In this document: positions 29,382 through 39,902 of the stretch, one piece after another
How the letters are laid out: each line of letters begins with the position of its first letter
Position numbering within the stretch: the first letter of the stretch is position 1
Notes under the pieces: model-generated
Told to the model about the DNA's origin: nothing
Databases searched by the model: none
Seen by the model: the letters and a program-made list of their open reading frames with translations, nothing else
Made by a program: the position numbers and the translations under genes
Source: Nitrospirota bacterium
GTDB taxonomy: Bacteria > Nitrospirota > UBA9217
DNA length: 64,000 nucleotides
Direction: 5' to 3'
Assembly: GCA_963737155.1 (NCBI GenBank)
Contig: CAVTRN010000001.1
Span: 416,001-480,000, forward strand

Positions 29382-29388
29382 TTTTAAT

Positions 29389-29421
29389 CCCCCGCCATTA
29401 GGCGGGGGGATTCTTTAATTC
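29389..29421 (+). terminator. Hairpin terminator, copy 2
   Basis: Same sequence as 28865-28897. Confidence 0.75.
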
Positions 29422-29441
29422 CTAAAGGAAAGGATAATACA

Positions 29442-29825
29442 ATGACAGTGAAAACAGTCGTGGCTCAGGAAAACCAGATAGTAGAAAGGAAGGAAATCAT
29501 GAAACGGGTAAAAAGTTTGATGGAACTGACAGGACAAGAATCAGGTGTCGTCATTTATAACGGCGAAGAGCGGAACACCTTAATCTGCAACTGGTCTCAT
29601 GTGGAGGGGCTGCCTAAAGTATTTGGGCCTTGGGAGTGGATAATGGGTATGGGGGAGGATATCCCCGCAGTAAAAGGGGAATACATATCAGCCGAGGATG
29701 TGGCTGATATGCTCGACAACATTAACCTAATCTATGACGCCAACAATGATATACAGAATGTTCGTGCGGGAATACTGTACCGCTTGCCCCACGCCATAGT
29801 GATTGCCCCTGAAGGTTGGAACTGA
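29442..29825 (+). CDS. Hypothetical protein
   Basis: ORF with AAAGGA RBS. Confidence 0.65.
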   Translation: MTVKTVVAQENQIVERKEIMKRVKSLMELTGQESGVVIYNGEERNTLICNWSHVEGLPKVFGPWEWIMGMGEDIPAVKGEYISAEDVADMLDNINLIYDANNDIQNVRAGILYRLPHAIVIAPEGWN

Positions 29826-29976
29826 ATTCGTGCTGTCAATGATTCTTTAAGCTATATCTACACCCCGTTACAATGACGGGCAATCTATCAAAAGAAAGGA
29901 AAAACGATTATGAATCTGCTGCGCAGTGACGCTATAGGCCTAGGCTTGTCACAAATTTACTCAGAACATATCAACG

Positions 29977-31110
29977 GTGAGCGATATGGTCCGAGTAAAA
30001 ACAAACAAAATATACAACGGTGATTCTGTGCAGGTTCTAAAAAAAATCCCAGATGAATCAATCGACCTCATTGCCACAGACCCTCCCTATGCGATTTCCT
30101 TCATGGGTCATGCATGGGACAAGGCACTACCTTCTGTTGATATTTTAAAAGAATGCCGGAGGGTAATGAAACCTGGTGCCTTCATGTTCGTTTTTTCAAG
30201 CGCACGCGCAGATTGTCTTTCCAGAATGACGGCACGCATTGAGGAAGCAGGTTTTGTTGTTTCATTTACCCCTTTGTTTTGGGCATATTTGAACGGATTC
30301 CCGAAAGCTCAAAATATCGCAGCAGTGGTAGATAAGCGCAATGGTATTACGCAAGATAAGGATGCTGACCGAACTGAAAAAACATATGTCACACCGGAAG
30401 CTAAAAGACTCGCTGGTAGTTATGCCGGGTATCAGCCAAAACCAGCATTAGAAGTAATCATTGTTGCAATGAAACCTCTTTCCGAGAAAACGTATGTAGA
30501 ACAAGCTCTAAAAAATGGGAAGGGCATTTCCTGGCTCGATGATTGCCGTATTCCCCTATCTCAGCATGAAGGTGAGGATAGGTTTCCTTCAAATATAATC
30601 GTATCTGATGGGGCTTTGGGGAATTATTCACAATATTATACTCTCAACAATTGGTATCAGGCTAAATTGAAAGAGCTTCCGCTTGATGTGCAGGAAACAT
30701 TTCCTTTTTTGTTTGTTAAAAAGCCAGGGAAAAAAGAGAAAAACAAAGGGTTCACAGAATATACCGCAGGAAGCACTTACAATAAAAAATGTCGCCTTTG
30801 CGGAAAGTGGTCATTGAAACAGAAGCACTCCGATATATATACCTGCAGATGTGAAAAGCCTGAATGGGAAGAACCCAAGGGAAACACACATCCTACAGTT
30901 AAACCTATTGACCTCTTCTGTTATCTGATTACGTTGGGTAGCCGAGAAAACGATATTGTCTTGGACCCTTTTTGTGGCAGCGGGAGTTCCTGCATTGCGG
31001 CAAAAATTTTAAACCGCACATATATCGGCATTGAATTAAACAAAAAATATTGCGAAATTGCAGAAACAAGAATTAATGCGTATGCAGCGGCGGAGAATCA
31101 GTCAAAGTAG
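29977..31110 (+). CDS. Orphan beta-class DNA methyltransferase (phage type)
   Basis: TDPPY, HPTVKP, VLDPFCGSGS, GIELN; inserted CxxC...CxC. Confidence 0.92.
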   Translation: MSDMVRVKTNKIYNGDSVQVLKKIPDESIDLIATDPPYAISFMGHAWDKALPSVDILKECRRVMKPGAFMFVFSSARADCLSRMTARIEEAGFVVSFTPLFWAYLNGFPKAQNIAAVVDKRNGITQDKDADRTEKTYVTPEAKRLAGSYAGYQPKPALEVIIVAMKPLSEKTYVEQALKNGKGISWLDDCRIPLSQHEGEDRFPSNIIVSDGALGNYSQYYTLNNWYQAKLKELPLDVQETFPFLFVKKPGKKEKNKGFTEYTAGSTYNKKCRLCGKWSLKQKHSDIYTCRCEKPEWEEPKGNTHPTVKPIDLFCYLITLGSRENDIVLDPFCGSGSSCIAAKILNRTYIGIELNKKYCEIAETRINAYAAAENQSK

Positions 31111-31447
31111 CATCATGATTGGGTAGCAGTCAATATCTGTTGACAGGGCGTGAGCTGCAATGCCACGCCAAGTCAAAGTTCAAAATACAATTTGCCTATC
31201 TCAAGATGGGCAGTAGAATGGGGGCTGAGTCATATGCAATCTCAAGACAACAAGCTGAAATATTGCGGATGTGAATAAAAAGAATTTAAGTGAACCACTA
31301 TCTCCAATATCTACACAGAACGAGTTAGCTGCAAAAGGGCATCGGCAAACCGAATCTGCCACAAATCCCGTTCATCCCACCAACCATAAAATAACCCTTG
31401 TTTCCGGGCAAAAGGTCCTTTATACTCCCGGTCCCCAAGGGCTATGT

Positions 31448-32646
31448 ATGAACGGAAAAGTCAAAACACGTGAAAAGTGTGCGCAGTGCGGTGGTAAGTT
31501 TCAAACCATCGAAGGTGTGGATATTCTATGTCCAAGCTGTAACACCCGTCCAAAAACTTTTTTTATATTCCTATATTGGCAAGGTGCAAAAGCTCGTATA
31601 TCCCGTGACCGTGATGGCCACATGCTTGATAGTTACAAAAGGGCGCAAAGGCTCCTTGAACGTATCCGCTATGAGATAGACGCAAAAACCTTCCATGTTC
31701 AAGATTATCTGCCAAAGGAAATCGACCAAAATCGTGGAAACGTTCTTTTCCCCAAGTGGTTAAACATCCTAAAGAGCAAAGGCAATGCTTTGTCCTACAC
31801 ACGAAAGATTGAACAGTACATCAATGACCATTTCATCCCCCATTTCGGGAAAATGATTGTTACTGATATCATAACAAGCCACATTGAGGATTTCAGACTG
31901 TATCTGAGTATGGAATATAGAATTCAGCGGACAGGGGGAAGCTTGCTCCGGCTACCATTAAGAAAGTAATGGATGCCCTCAAGGAATATTTCCATTGGCT
32001 GAAGAACAGAGAGACTATCATGCGTATCCCGTACTTTGCCCCTGTTGATGTTCCAGAACCTGTCATCGAAGTTATGGACCTCGATGACAGGGAAAAGGTA
32101 TTGAAGGCAGTCACATCACCGTATCTGAAGAATATTCTCAGTTTTATGAAATTTCACCCTGTTCGTCCGTCAGAAGCATGTGCACTTGACGTTAGCCACT
32201 TCGATTTAAAGGCAAGGATTGTTTACATAGAACGCTCATTGGACTCTGACTTCTCCTTGAAGCCTCGTAAAAGTAAACGGGCATACGAGATTCCATTATC
32301 ACCGGAGTGGGATGCCTCTTGTTTGAAAAGTAGGTTTGGGAAGGAAATTGCCTTTCCAAACAAATATGGCAAACGCTACAACAACAATACAACCAATGGG
32401 GCGTGGAAAGCTGCCTGTAAAAGGGCCGGAGTGCCCTATTTAAGCCTCTATCCGTCCATGAGGCATACCACGGCTACAAGTTACGCCGACAGGAACATTC
32501 CAGAGGAACAAATCGAGGATATGCTTGGGCAAGAAACACGGGGAATGTCGAGGAAGTATGTTCAGAAATCAGTGGAAAGGTTGCGCTATATCGTGGGCGA
32601 TGGTGCACAAGTGGTGCACATCAATGAGAGAAAAAATTCTAAATAG
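31448..32646 (+). pseudogene. int: Tyrosine integrase with N-terminal Zn ribbon, frameshifted at a G5 run
   Basis: CAQC..CPSC; VRPSEA, PRK, YPSMRH, LGQ, RKY; one extra G at 31934-31938 gives RTGGKLAPATIKKVMDAL. Confidence 0.88.
32601..32620 (+). repeat. Tandem TGGTGCACA, probable integrase arm-type sites
   Basis: Two copies 11 bp apart, ~50 bp from the tRNA 3' end. Confidence 0.55.
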
Positions 32647-32666
32647 CTAATTTTATTGAGAAAAGA

Positions 32667-32751
32667 TGGTGCCGAAGGGGGGACTCGAACCCCCATGGGT
32701 TGCCCCACACGCCCCTCAAACGTGCGTGTCTACCAATTCCACCACTTCGGC
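32667..32751 (-). tRNA. tRNA-Leu (GAG)
   Basis: GCCGAAG...TTGAGGG anticodon loop, long variable arm, GGTTCGAGTCC, ends ACCA. Confidence 0.97.
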
Positions 32752-32855
32752 ACTTGTGAAAACTTCATCTACAGAATTCACCGAGAGTAACGGAAAGGAG
32801 CTGCGCAACGCTGCTTTGTTTCCGGCTACCTTCGATGCATACCGCAGCGATTGTG

Positions 32856-33824
32856 TTATTTTTCCATTGCGGGCTGTTTCGCATGTAACGGCGTGAGCCA
32901 ATCCACATGCCGGCTGTCTCGGCCATGGACCACGTCAAAGAAAGCAGCCTGGAGTTCCTTCGTTATCGGACCCGGCTTGCCGCTTCCGATCGTCCGGTTG
33001 TCAACTTCGCGGATCGGGGTAATCTCCGCCGCCGTGCCGCTGAAAAAAGCCTCGTCGGCAATATAGAGTTCGTCCCGTGTGAACCGCTCCTCCACAAGCC
33101 GCATGCCTCGTTCTGAGGCGAGCTGCATGATCGTGTCCCGCGTAATGCCCTCGAGTATCGCGGTGAGAGGCGGTGTTTTGATCACACCCTTACGTACGAT
33201 GAATACATTTTCTCCGCTGCCCTCGGCAACATAGCCGTCCGTATCGAGCAGCATGGCTTCATCGTAGCCGTCTTTAACCGCTTCCCGTTTAGCAAGGAGT
33301 GAGTTCGCGTAATTTGCCGTGGTCTTTGACCGAACCAAGGTGGCGTTTACATGAGGCCGTATGAACGAGGATATCTTTACGCGAATCCCGTTTTTGAGTC
33401 CATCCTCGCCGAGGTAGCTGCCCCAGGGCCAGACTGCGATTGCAATCTGGATGGGATTTTCCTTGGGATAGACACCCATAGCTCCATAACCGATATAGAC
33501 CAGCGGCCTGATATAACAGGCATCGATCTTGTTAACACGAATTGTTTCAAGTATCGCTTCGCTTATGTCCTCGCGTGTAAAAGACATTTCCATCTGAAGG
33601 ATGTGGGCAGAATCAAAGAGCCGATCCACGTGCTCCCGGAGCCGGAATACCGTGGAACCGGAGTCGGCCTTATAACAACGGATGCCCTCGAAAGCGCCGG
33701 TGCCGTAATGGAGTGAATGGATCAGAATATGCACCTTCGCATCGTCCCACTTGACGAAAGACCCATTCATCCATATTTTTTCCGTGGCTTGAAGCATAGG
33801 CGTCATATATAACAGCCTGTTCAT
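32856..33824 (-). CDS. ilvE: Branched-chain amino acid aminotransferase
   Basis: LHYGTGAFEG, YIRP, EGSGENVF, ILEGITR, GTAAEITP. Confidence 0.96.
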   Translation of the reverse strand: MNRLLYMTPMLQATEKIWMNGSFVKWDDAKVHILIHSLHYGTGAFEGIRCYKADSGSTVFRLREHVDRLFDSAHILQMEMSFTREDISEAILETIRVNKIDACYIRPLVYIGYGAMGVYPKENPIQIAIAVWPWGSYLGEDGLKNGIRVKISSFIRPHVNATLVRSKTTANYANSLLAKREAVKDGYDEAMLLDTDGYVAEGSGENVFIVRKGVIKTPPLTAILEGITRDTIMQLASERGMRLVEERFTRDELYIADEAFFSGTAAEITPIREVDNRTIGSGKPGPITKELQAAFFDVVHGRDSRHVDWLTPLHAKQPAMEK

Positions 33825-34148
33825 AAATTGTCAATCGTTTTTTTGCCGCGCGGGCGCCGACGGAAATTGTACTGCCACGCATTGCGACTGAGGGGCGCCG
33901 AATCGTTGTCCGGTAAATCTGTTAAGAAGGGTACGCCTCCTTTGTTTCGTCGCCGGGCCTTCATATCAAAAAAAGCTCCCTTTCATTGATAAAAGAACGT
34001 ACCGGCAAGGGAGAATTTATCGTTTCTTATTACCAAGGAGCAAACGTTATTATACGACTATTGTAAATCATCCATGCGGGCATTGTGGAGGATTGAGAAC
34101 TGTTCATAAATTACTTGTATAATATTGCATTTTGTATATACTATTTAC

Positions 34149-34715
34149 ATGAAATTAAGCGTATGGGCAAAACAGCAGGGGATAACTTATCAAGCGGCAT
34201 GGAAATGGTGGAAAGCTGGCAAGTTGCCAGTTGAAGCTGAGCAGATGCCGACTGGTACAATAATCATTAAGGAGCAGAAAACCGTTCAGGGGACCGTTGC
34301 TCTTTATGCCCGTGTATCCAGTCATGACCAAAAAAAAGACCTTGATGCACAGCTGGGGAGACTTTCAGCTTTTGCTACGAATAAGGGCTGGTCAGTTTCA
34401 AAAGCGGTAACAGAGATGGGTTCTGACCTTAATGGTCACCGGCCCAAGCTCATGAAATTGCTCTCTGATCCTGGCGTCAGTATTATTGTTGTTGAGCATC
34501 GCGACAGGCTTATGCAGTTTGGTTCAGAATACGTGGAGTCTTCGCTTCGAGCTCAGGGTCGACAACTTGTTATCGTTGACCAGTCTGAACTCAAGGATGA
34601 TCTGGTGCAGGACATGATAGAAGTGTTGACTTTATTCTGTGCCAGACTCTACGGCCGCAAGTCAGCATCAAACAGAGCGAAGAAGGCTATTCAGGCTATG
34701 AAAGATGGCGAGTAA
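34149..34715 (+). CDS. tnpA: IS607-family serine transposase TnpA (no tnpB follows)
   Basis: N-terminal MerR-like HTH, YARVSS, VVEHRDRL, FCARLYG. Confidence 0.92.
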   Translation: MKLSVWAKQQGITYQAAWKWWKAGKLPVEAEQMPTGTIIIKEQKTVQGTVALYARVSSHDQKKDLDAQLGRLSAFATNKGWSVSKAVTEMGSDLNGHRPKLMKLLSDPGVSIIVVEHRDRLMQFGSEYVESSLRAQGRQLVIVDQSELKDDLVQDMIEVLTLFCARLYGRKSASNRAKKAIQAMKDGE

Positions 34716-35181
34716 CAAGAAGGCCATTGTGCGGGTGCGAACGCCAAGTTTTTCTCCTCCTTGTATGTAAGTCCGTCTTCCACGCGCTTGAATCTCTTTT
34801 TCTCAGGGCGTCAGCAGAAATTGCTCGCCCGTAACTTCATCCTCGGAACTCCTCCGCAAGCGTTCTCTTGATGCCGACAAAAGCCGGTGTCTTGTGTGCC
34901 AACTCCGAGAATGTTGATATTGATCGTAATCGCGCCGATGCTGTCGTGGCGGACCATGAGGATCTTTTCTCTGTTTCCAAAAGGTGCGTTTTTTCCTCTG
35001 CAATCTGCTATTCGTAGAGCCTTACATTTCCCTCCTCTGATCGCTTTAGGTCCGTAAGTCAATTCAGGTTGCTGCTTGCACGCATCGCTGACCAGTCAAT
35101 CAATGGGAAATGCTTTTTCATTTGACACTATTGCTGTCCAGCGCTAAACTAAATCAAGATCGCCTAACGAGGAGGCTTCCC

Positions 35182-35643
35182 ATGCAACTGAATACCATCC
35201 TGTTCCCGACTGATTTTTCTCAGGGCGCACACGCCGCTATGGATCATGCGCTATCGCTTGCAGCGGATTACCATGCGAAACTTATTTTACTGTATGTTGT
35301 TCAGGATATCAGCATAGCAGAATGGTACATTCCGTCATCGCTGTCAGTCGCAGACCTCATAGAGGACATGCAGAAAAGCGCCTGGCGTGAAATGGATAAA
35401 TGGGGAACTGAAGCCGCGGCCAGAGTCAAGGATGTCGAGAAGACTGTCGTCCGGGGAGTGCCTTTTGTCGAGATTGTGAAGATAGCAAAAGAGAAGTACG
35501 CAGATTTGATTGTGATTGGTACCCACGGCAGGACTGGCATCGACCATATTTTGTTCGGAAGCACCGCGGAAAAGGTGGTTCGCAAAGCGTCCTGCCCGGT
35601 GCTTACCGTGCGAATTGCGGGAAAAGAATTCAAGATGCCGTAG
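35182..35643 (+). CDS. Universal stress protein
   Basis: ILFPTDFS, DLIVIGTHGRTG, GSTAEKVVR..CPVL. Confidence 0.95.
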   Translation: MQLNTILFPTDFSQGAHAAMDHALSLAADYHAKLILLYVVQDISIAEWYIPSSLSVADLIEDMQKSAWREMDKWGTEAAARVKDVEKTVVRGVPFVEIVKIAKEKYADLIVIGTHGRTGIDHILFGSTAEKVVRKASCPVLTVRIAGKEFKMP

Positions 35644-35670
35644 TAAACACCGCCCAAACCATGAAAACAT

Positions 35671-35704
35671 AAAAGGACAGGCGAAAAAGCGCCTGTCCTT
35701 TTTA
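35671..35704. terminator. Bidirectional intrinsic terminator
   Basis: AAAAGGACAGGCG-aaaaag-CGCCTGTCCTTTTT between convergent genes. Confidence 0.9.
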
Positions 35705-35729
35705 TGTCCAGAGAAAGAAGAGATGTCGG

Positions 35730-36155
35730 TTACTGACCCAAAAGCGTCGTGAACGTGTCGTGATGCCCTTCTTCTTCCGAAAGAATTTCCTCGAAGAGAA
35801 GGCGTGTGGTCTCGTCACCCTCCGAGGCAGCCTGCTTGATGATGTCCTTATAAAGTGTGATTGCTTCTTCCTCGGCCTTGACATCGGCCTTTAACATCTG
35901 GACCGCGTCGCCGCCCACGGCAATGGGCGCCGGTTTAGTGGTCGGATTCACATCAAAATAAAACAGTCTCTCGGCGATTTTCTCTGCGTGCTTCATCTCA
36001 TCCATGGCCACTTTCTCGAACACATCCATGAGCGACGCCGAATTCATGCCTTTTACCATGATATGATGCCACATATACTGGACTATTGCCTGGAGTTCCC
36101 CGGCAATCGCCTGGTTCATCATTTCCGTCAGTTTGGGACTTGCTTTCTGAACCAT
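35730..36155 (-). CDS. Bacterioferritin-like ferritin-superfamily protein
   Basis: EL.AI.QY..H, DEMKHAE, EEEAI..Y, EEEGH. Confidence 0.88.
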   Translation of the reverse strand: MVQKASPKLTEMMNQAIAGELQAIVQYMWHHIMVKGMNSASLMDVFEKVAMDEMKHAEKIAERLFYFDVNPTTKPAPIAVGGDAVQMLKADVKAEEEAITLYKDIIKQAASEGDETTRLLFEEILSEEEGHHDTFTTLLGQ

Positions 36156-36422
36156 AGAGTGTACCTCCTTCGTGTTTGTCAATTATGTTTTTTCTTGATT
36201 GGAATTCCGGCCCGTCAGAAAGCGCCATATTAAGAATATTCGAACTATGCCGTTTATAACTCTTTCAAATAACAGGATGATGCGTTGCTGATTCTCGCAC
36301 GGGCAAAACGTCAAACTTGCATCCATGGTTAAACTTGTAATACTATAGCACAGGAACAGTCCCGTTTCAACCGACCAATCTGTTCTACCTCCTGAAATAG
36401 TGCAGCGGAAATGTACGTTCTG

Positions 36423-37540
36423 CTATGGGCGAGCTTTGCCGTCTCGCTCGGCCCGTTCGACAATGCAGGCTATGCCGCCTTCGCGCAATCCCGGACGGTA
36501 GCAGCCATTGCAGGAAATGCAGCGAGCGCGAGACGTATCGCCCGCCTGCCAGCGATTAACAAGCCCTGGTTCACGGATAAAGGGGCGTGCCAATGAAATA
36601 TAGTCGGACTCTTCCTTCTCGATGACTTCCCGCGCACGAGCAAATGTTCGGAATCCTCCCACCACCATCGTCAAACAGGCAACCACACTTTTGATCCGTA
36701 CCGCAAGCGGAAGGTTGTATGCTTCCTGCTCGACCGTGTCGATCTTCCTGCGGACTGGCGTGCGGTCCCCTGACGCAGGGGTGCCGCCGCTCACCTCGAT
36801 TGCGTCAATGCCTTCGCGATCGAGCGCGGCGGCAACCTTGACCGCATCTTCAATGGAAAATCCATTCTCGATAAAATCCGACCCGTTCAGTTTGACCAGA
36901 ACCGGGAAATCTGGTCCGACAGCATTTCTCGCACTCCTATAAACTTCGAGCAGAAATCGCATGCGGTTTTCGATGCTTCCACCGTAGGCATCGGCACGAT
37001 GATTCGTACGCGGTGAAAGAAACTGGTTAATCAGATACCCGTGCGCCGCATGGAGTTGAATGGCATCGAACCCCCAGTCCTTTGCCCGCCGCGCGCTCTC
37101 GCCGAAGGCAGCCGTAACCTCTAGAATGTCTGCCAAGCTCATTTCTGAAGGAACGGCGGAGTATTCCGTTTCCACCGCCGCTGAAGGAGCAATAAGCCTG
37201 GTTCCGGCAGGTAATCTCGCTTGACCGCCGGTATGCACAAGCTGCACGCACAGCCTTCCGCCTTCGTTATGTACGGCAGTACTGAGCGCCCGCATGTCTG
37301 CGGCGAAATCAGCGCCCTGAACCCCCATGATCCGCGGGTCTGCTTTCCGTCAGGCCGCACGAACGCGTACCCAGTGATTATGAGGCTGACACCGCCTTTG
37401 GCAAGCTGTTTATAGCAGTCCACAAGCCTCCGGCCCGGCCGGCCCTGCTCATCGCACATTCCTTCCCAGGTAGCCGATCGCACGAAGCGGTTCCTGAGTT
37501 CCATGCCCTTTATGTTTGTCGTGTCAAAAAGACTTTTCAT
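36423..37540 (-). pseudogene. NADH:flavin oxidoreductase (old yellow enzyme family), frameshifted near 37336
   Basis: NRFVRSAT in 37139-37540; QLHAAHGYL, NHRADAYGG, CISCNGC in 36423-37328. Confidence 0.88.
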
Positions 37541-37687
37541 TTATCACCTTAAACTCTTGGCATTCATCTCTGTGCACGTCAAAGCGGAATCCGTAGTTAT
37601 CCGTTAACTCCCAATTTCCTGTTGCCTTACCGGTTTTCTTCAAATATAATGTTACGACACTTAATCATGCAAGGAGTATAACACGCT

Positions 37688-39628
37688 ATGGGGAAAAATC
37701 TTGTTTACAAGATTTTAGAATCACATCTCGTTGAAGGCAAGTTGGAGCCGGGAACCGAGATTTCAATAAAAATCGACCAGACCCTCACGCAGGATGCAAC
37801 TGGCACTATGGCTTACCTCCAGTTCGAGGCCATGGATGTTCCTCGAGTTAAGACCGAGATTTCGGTGAGCTATGTTGATCACAACACACTCCAAGACGGC
37901 TTTGAGAATGCTGATGACCATCGCTATCTTATGACCGTTGCATCTAAATACGGCATTCATTACTCGAAAGCCGGAAACGGCATCTGCCACCAGGTGCACC
38001 TCGAACGGTTCGGCAGGCCGGGGAAGACGCTTCTCGGCTCTGATTCCCACACGCCCACGAGCGGCGGGATCGGCATGATCGCGATCGGCGCTGGGGGCCT
38101 TGATGTCGCCGTTGCCATGGGCGGCGGATCATTTTACCTCACCTGTCCCAAAGTCGTCAAGATAAACCTAGCGGGTAAACTGCGGCCGTGGATCTCGGCC
38201 AAGGATGTGATACTCGCTATTCTTAAAATTCTAACAACGAAGGGGAATGTGGGCACCATCATCGAATACGCCGGCGACGGCGTGAAGACTCTGTCGGTTC
38301 CTGAGCGGGCCACGATCACAAATATGGGCGCCGAACTCGGCGCTACAACCTCCGTTTTTCCCAGCGACGAGATTACCAAAACATTCATGCAGGCACAGCG
38401 CCGAGGTTCCGAATGGACGCCGCTTTCAGCGGACCCGGATGCGAGCTATGACAAAGAGATCGACCTCGATCTCGGCTCCGTAGAACCCCTCATGGCCAAG
38501 CCGCATTCGCCAGATAATATCGGGACCGTGAAGGAGCTTGCGGGAACAAAGGTGGACCAGGTCATGGTCGGCTCCTGCACTAACTCGTCCTACCGCGATC
38601 TGATGATCGTTGCGGCGATGCTGAAGGGAAATCGTGTGTTTCCCGACGTCAGTTTAGGAGTGGCGCCTGGATCGCGCCAGGTGCTCGAAATGATAGCTAA
38701 GAACGGGGCGCTTGCCGACATCATCGCATCGGGAGCGCGGGTACTTGAATCCACCTGCGGGTTCTGCATCGGGGCAGGCCAAGCACCAAAGACTGACGCA
38801 GTCTCGATCCGGACAAGTAACCGTAACTTCGAAGGCCGCTCGGGCACAAAAAGCGCACGGGTCTATCTTGCAAGCCCTGAATCCGCAGTCGCCGCGGCAA
38901 TTCACGGCGGAATCATGGACCCGCGTGATCTGGGCATCCCCTATCCTGCAATCACGATGCCGGAGCAGTTCTGGATCGATGATTCAATGATCCTTCCCCC
39001 GGCAAAGGACCCATTATCGGTTTCGATCTATCGCGGCCCGAATATCGGAAACCCGCCGGCTGCAGAACCACTTCCGGATACAATCAGGGGAGTCGTTACA
39101 ATCAAGGTCGGCGATAAGGTTACAACAGACCATATCATGCCAGCGGGATCACGATTAAAATACCGCTCGAATATTGCGAAGTATGCGGAATTCGTATTCG
39201 AAGGTGTTGACGTAGCGTTTTCGAAAAATGCACGAGAAAACAAAAAAGCGGGGATTCACAATATCATCATTGCCGGCGCAAGCTATGGTCAGGGATCGAG
39301 CCGGGAACATGCGGCCATATGTCCCATGTATCTCGGTGTCAAAGCCGTAATTGCCAAGTCCTTCGAACGCATCCACGCAGCGAACCTCATTAATTTCGGA
39401 ATCCTGCCGCTGACCTTTGCGAATGAAGCGGATTATGACGCCATCTGTAAGAATGACGGTATCGAGATACTGGACATCAAGAAAACGCTCGAAAGCGGTG
39501 CGAATCTCTTGCTAAGGGACGCCGCAAACGAAAAATCAATTGAACTCAAATACTCACTGAGTCCACGCCAACGCAACATCCTGCTTGCAGGAGGGATGCT
39601 GAACTATACGAGGGCTCAAGCCAAATAA
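37688..39628 (+). CDS. Aconitate hydratase (compact Aquifex/archaeal type)
   Basis: TQDATGT, DHN, GICHQ, DSHT, GSCTN, CGFCIG, NRNFEGR, GSSREHAA. Confidence 0.93.
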   Translation: MGKNLVYKILESHLVEGKLEPGTEISIKIDQTLTQDATGTMAYLQFEAMDVPRVKTEISVSYVDHNTLQDGFENADDHRYLMTVASKYGIHYSKAGNGICHQVHLERFGRPGKTLLGSDSHTPTSGGIGMIAIGAGGLDVAVAMGGGSFYLTCPKVVKINLAGKLRPWISAKDVILAILKILTTKGNVGTIIEYAGDGVKTLSVPERATITNMGAELGATTSVFPSDEITKTFMQAQRRGSEWTPLSADPDASYDKEIDLDLGSVEPLMAKPHSPDNIGTVKELAGTKVDQVMVGSCTNSSYRDLMIVAAMLKGNRVFPDVSLGVAPGSRQVLEMIAKNGALADIIASGARVLESTCGFCIGAGQAPKTDAVSIRTSNRNFEGRSGTKSARVYLASPESAVAAAIHGGIMDPRDLGIPYPAITMPEQFWIDDSMILPPAKDPLSVSIYRGPNIGNPPAAEPLPDTIRGVVTIKVGDKVTTDHIMPAGSRLKYRSNIAKYAEFVFEGVDVAFSKNARENKKAGIHNIIIAGASYGQGSSREHAAICPMYLGVKAVIAKSFERIHAANLINFGILPLTFANEADYDAICKNDGIEILDIKKTLESGANLLLRDAANEKSIELKYSLSPRQRNILLAGGMLNYTRAQAK

Positions 39629-39902
39629 TGTCTCTCCGGTTTGCACCACGAAGAATCAAGTAGGCCGCGCCTCGCAGCCCACCCTACATGCCGTTCAGCA
39701 GTGGTAGATCGTGCAAGGATACTTCATTTCACGACGACGCCCTTGCGCTTGGCTAACCCTTCGCCTTCATCAGGCTGGGTTGATAACTTGCACCTTTCAA
39801 GCTTTTGAACATGCCCGGCGCACCAATAAAAACCCCACACTCGTTGAGTGCAGGGTCTTGTCGCTCGTTAAACAACAAATTTTCGCCGGGATAGAAGCAG
39901 CG

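Larger units (their letters stand above)
1..32666. mobile_element. Integrative element / genomic island adjoining the tRNA-Leu 3' end (left boundary not seen, probably outside window)
   Basis: Tyrosine integrase ends 20 bp from tRNA CCA end; visibly more AT-rich than the right half; cargo of ArdC, RM, recombinases and hypotheticals; no second copy of the tRNA 3' end noticed in the window. Confidence 0.85.

Noticed and set aside
32666-32901. ORFs of 76 aa (+) and 61 aa (-)
   Set aside because: They overlap the tRNA-Leu gene
33817-34112. CTGTTCATAAATT repeated at the ilvE start and before tnpA
   Set aside because: Both copies lie on the same side of the IS, so it is not a target duplication; significance unclear
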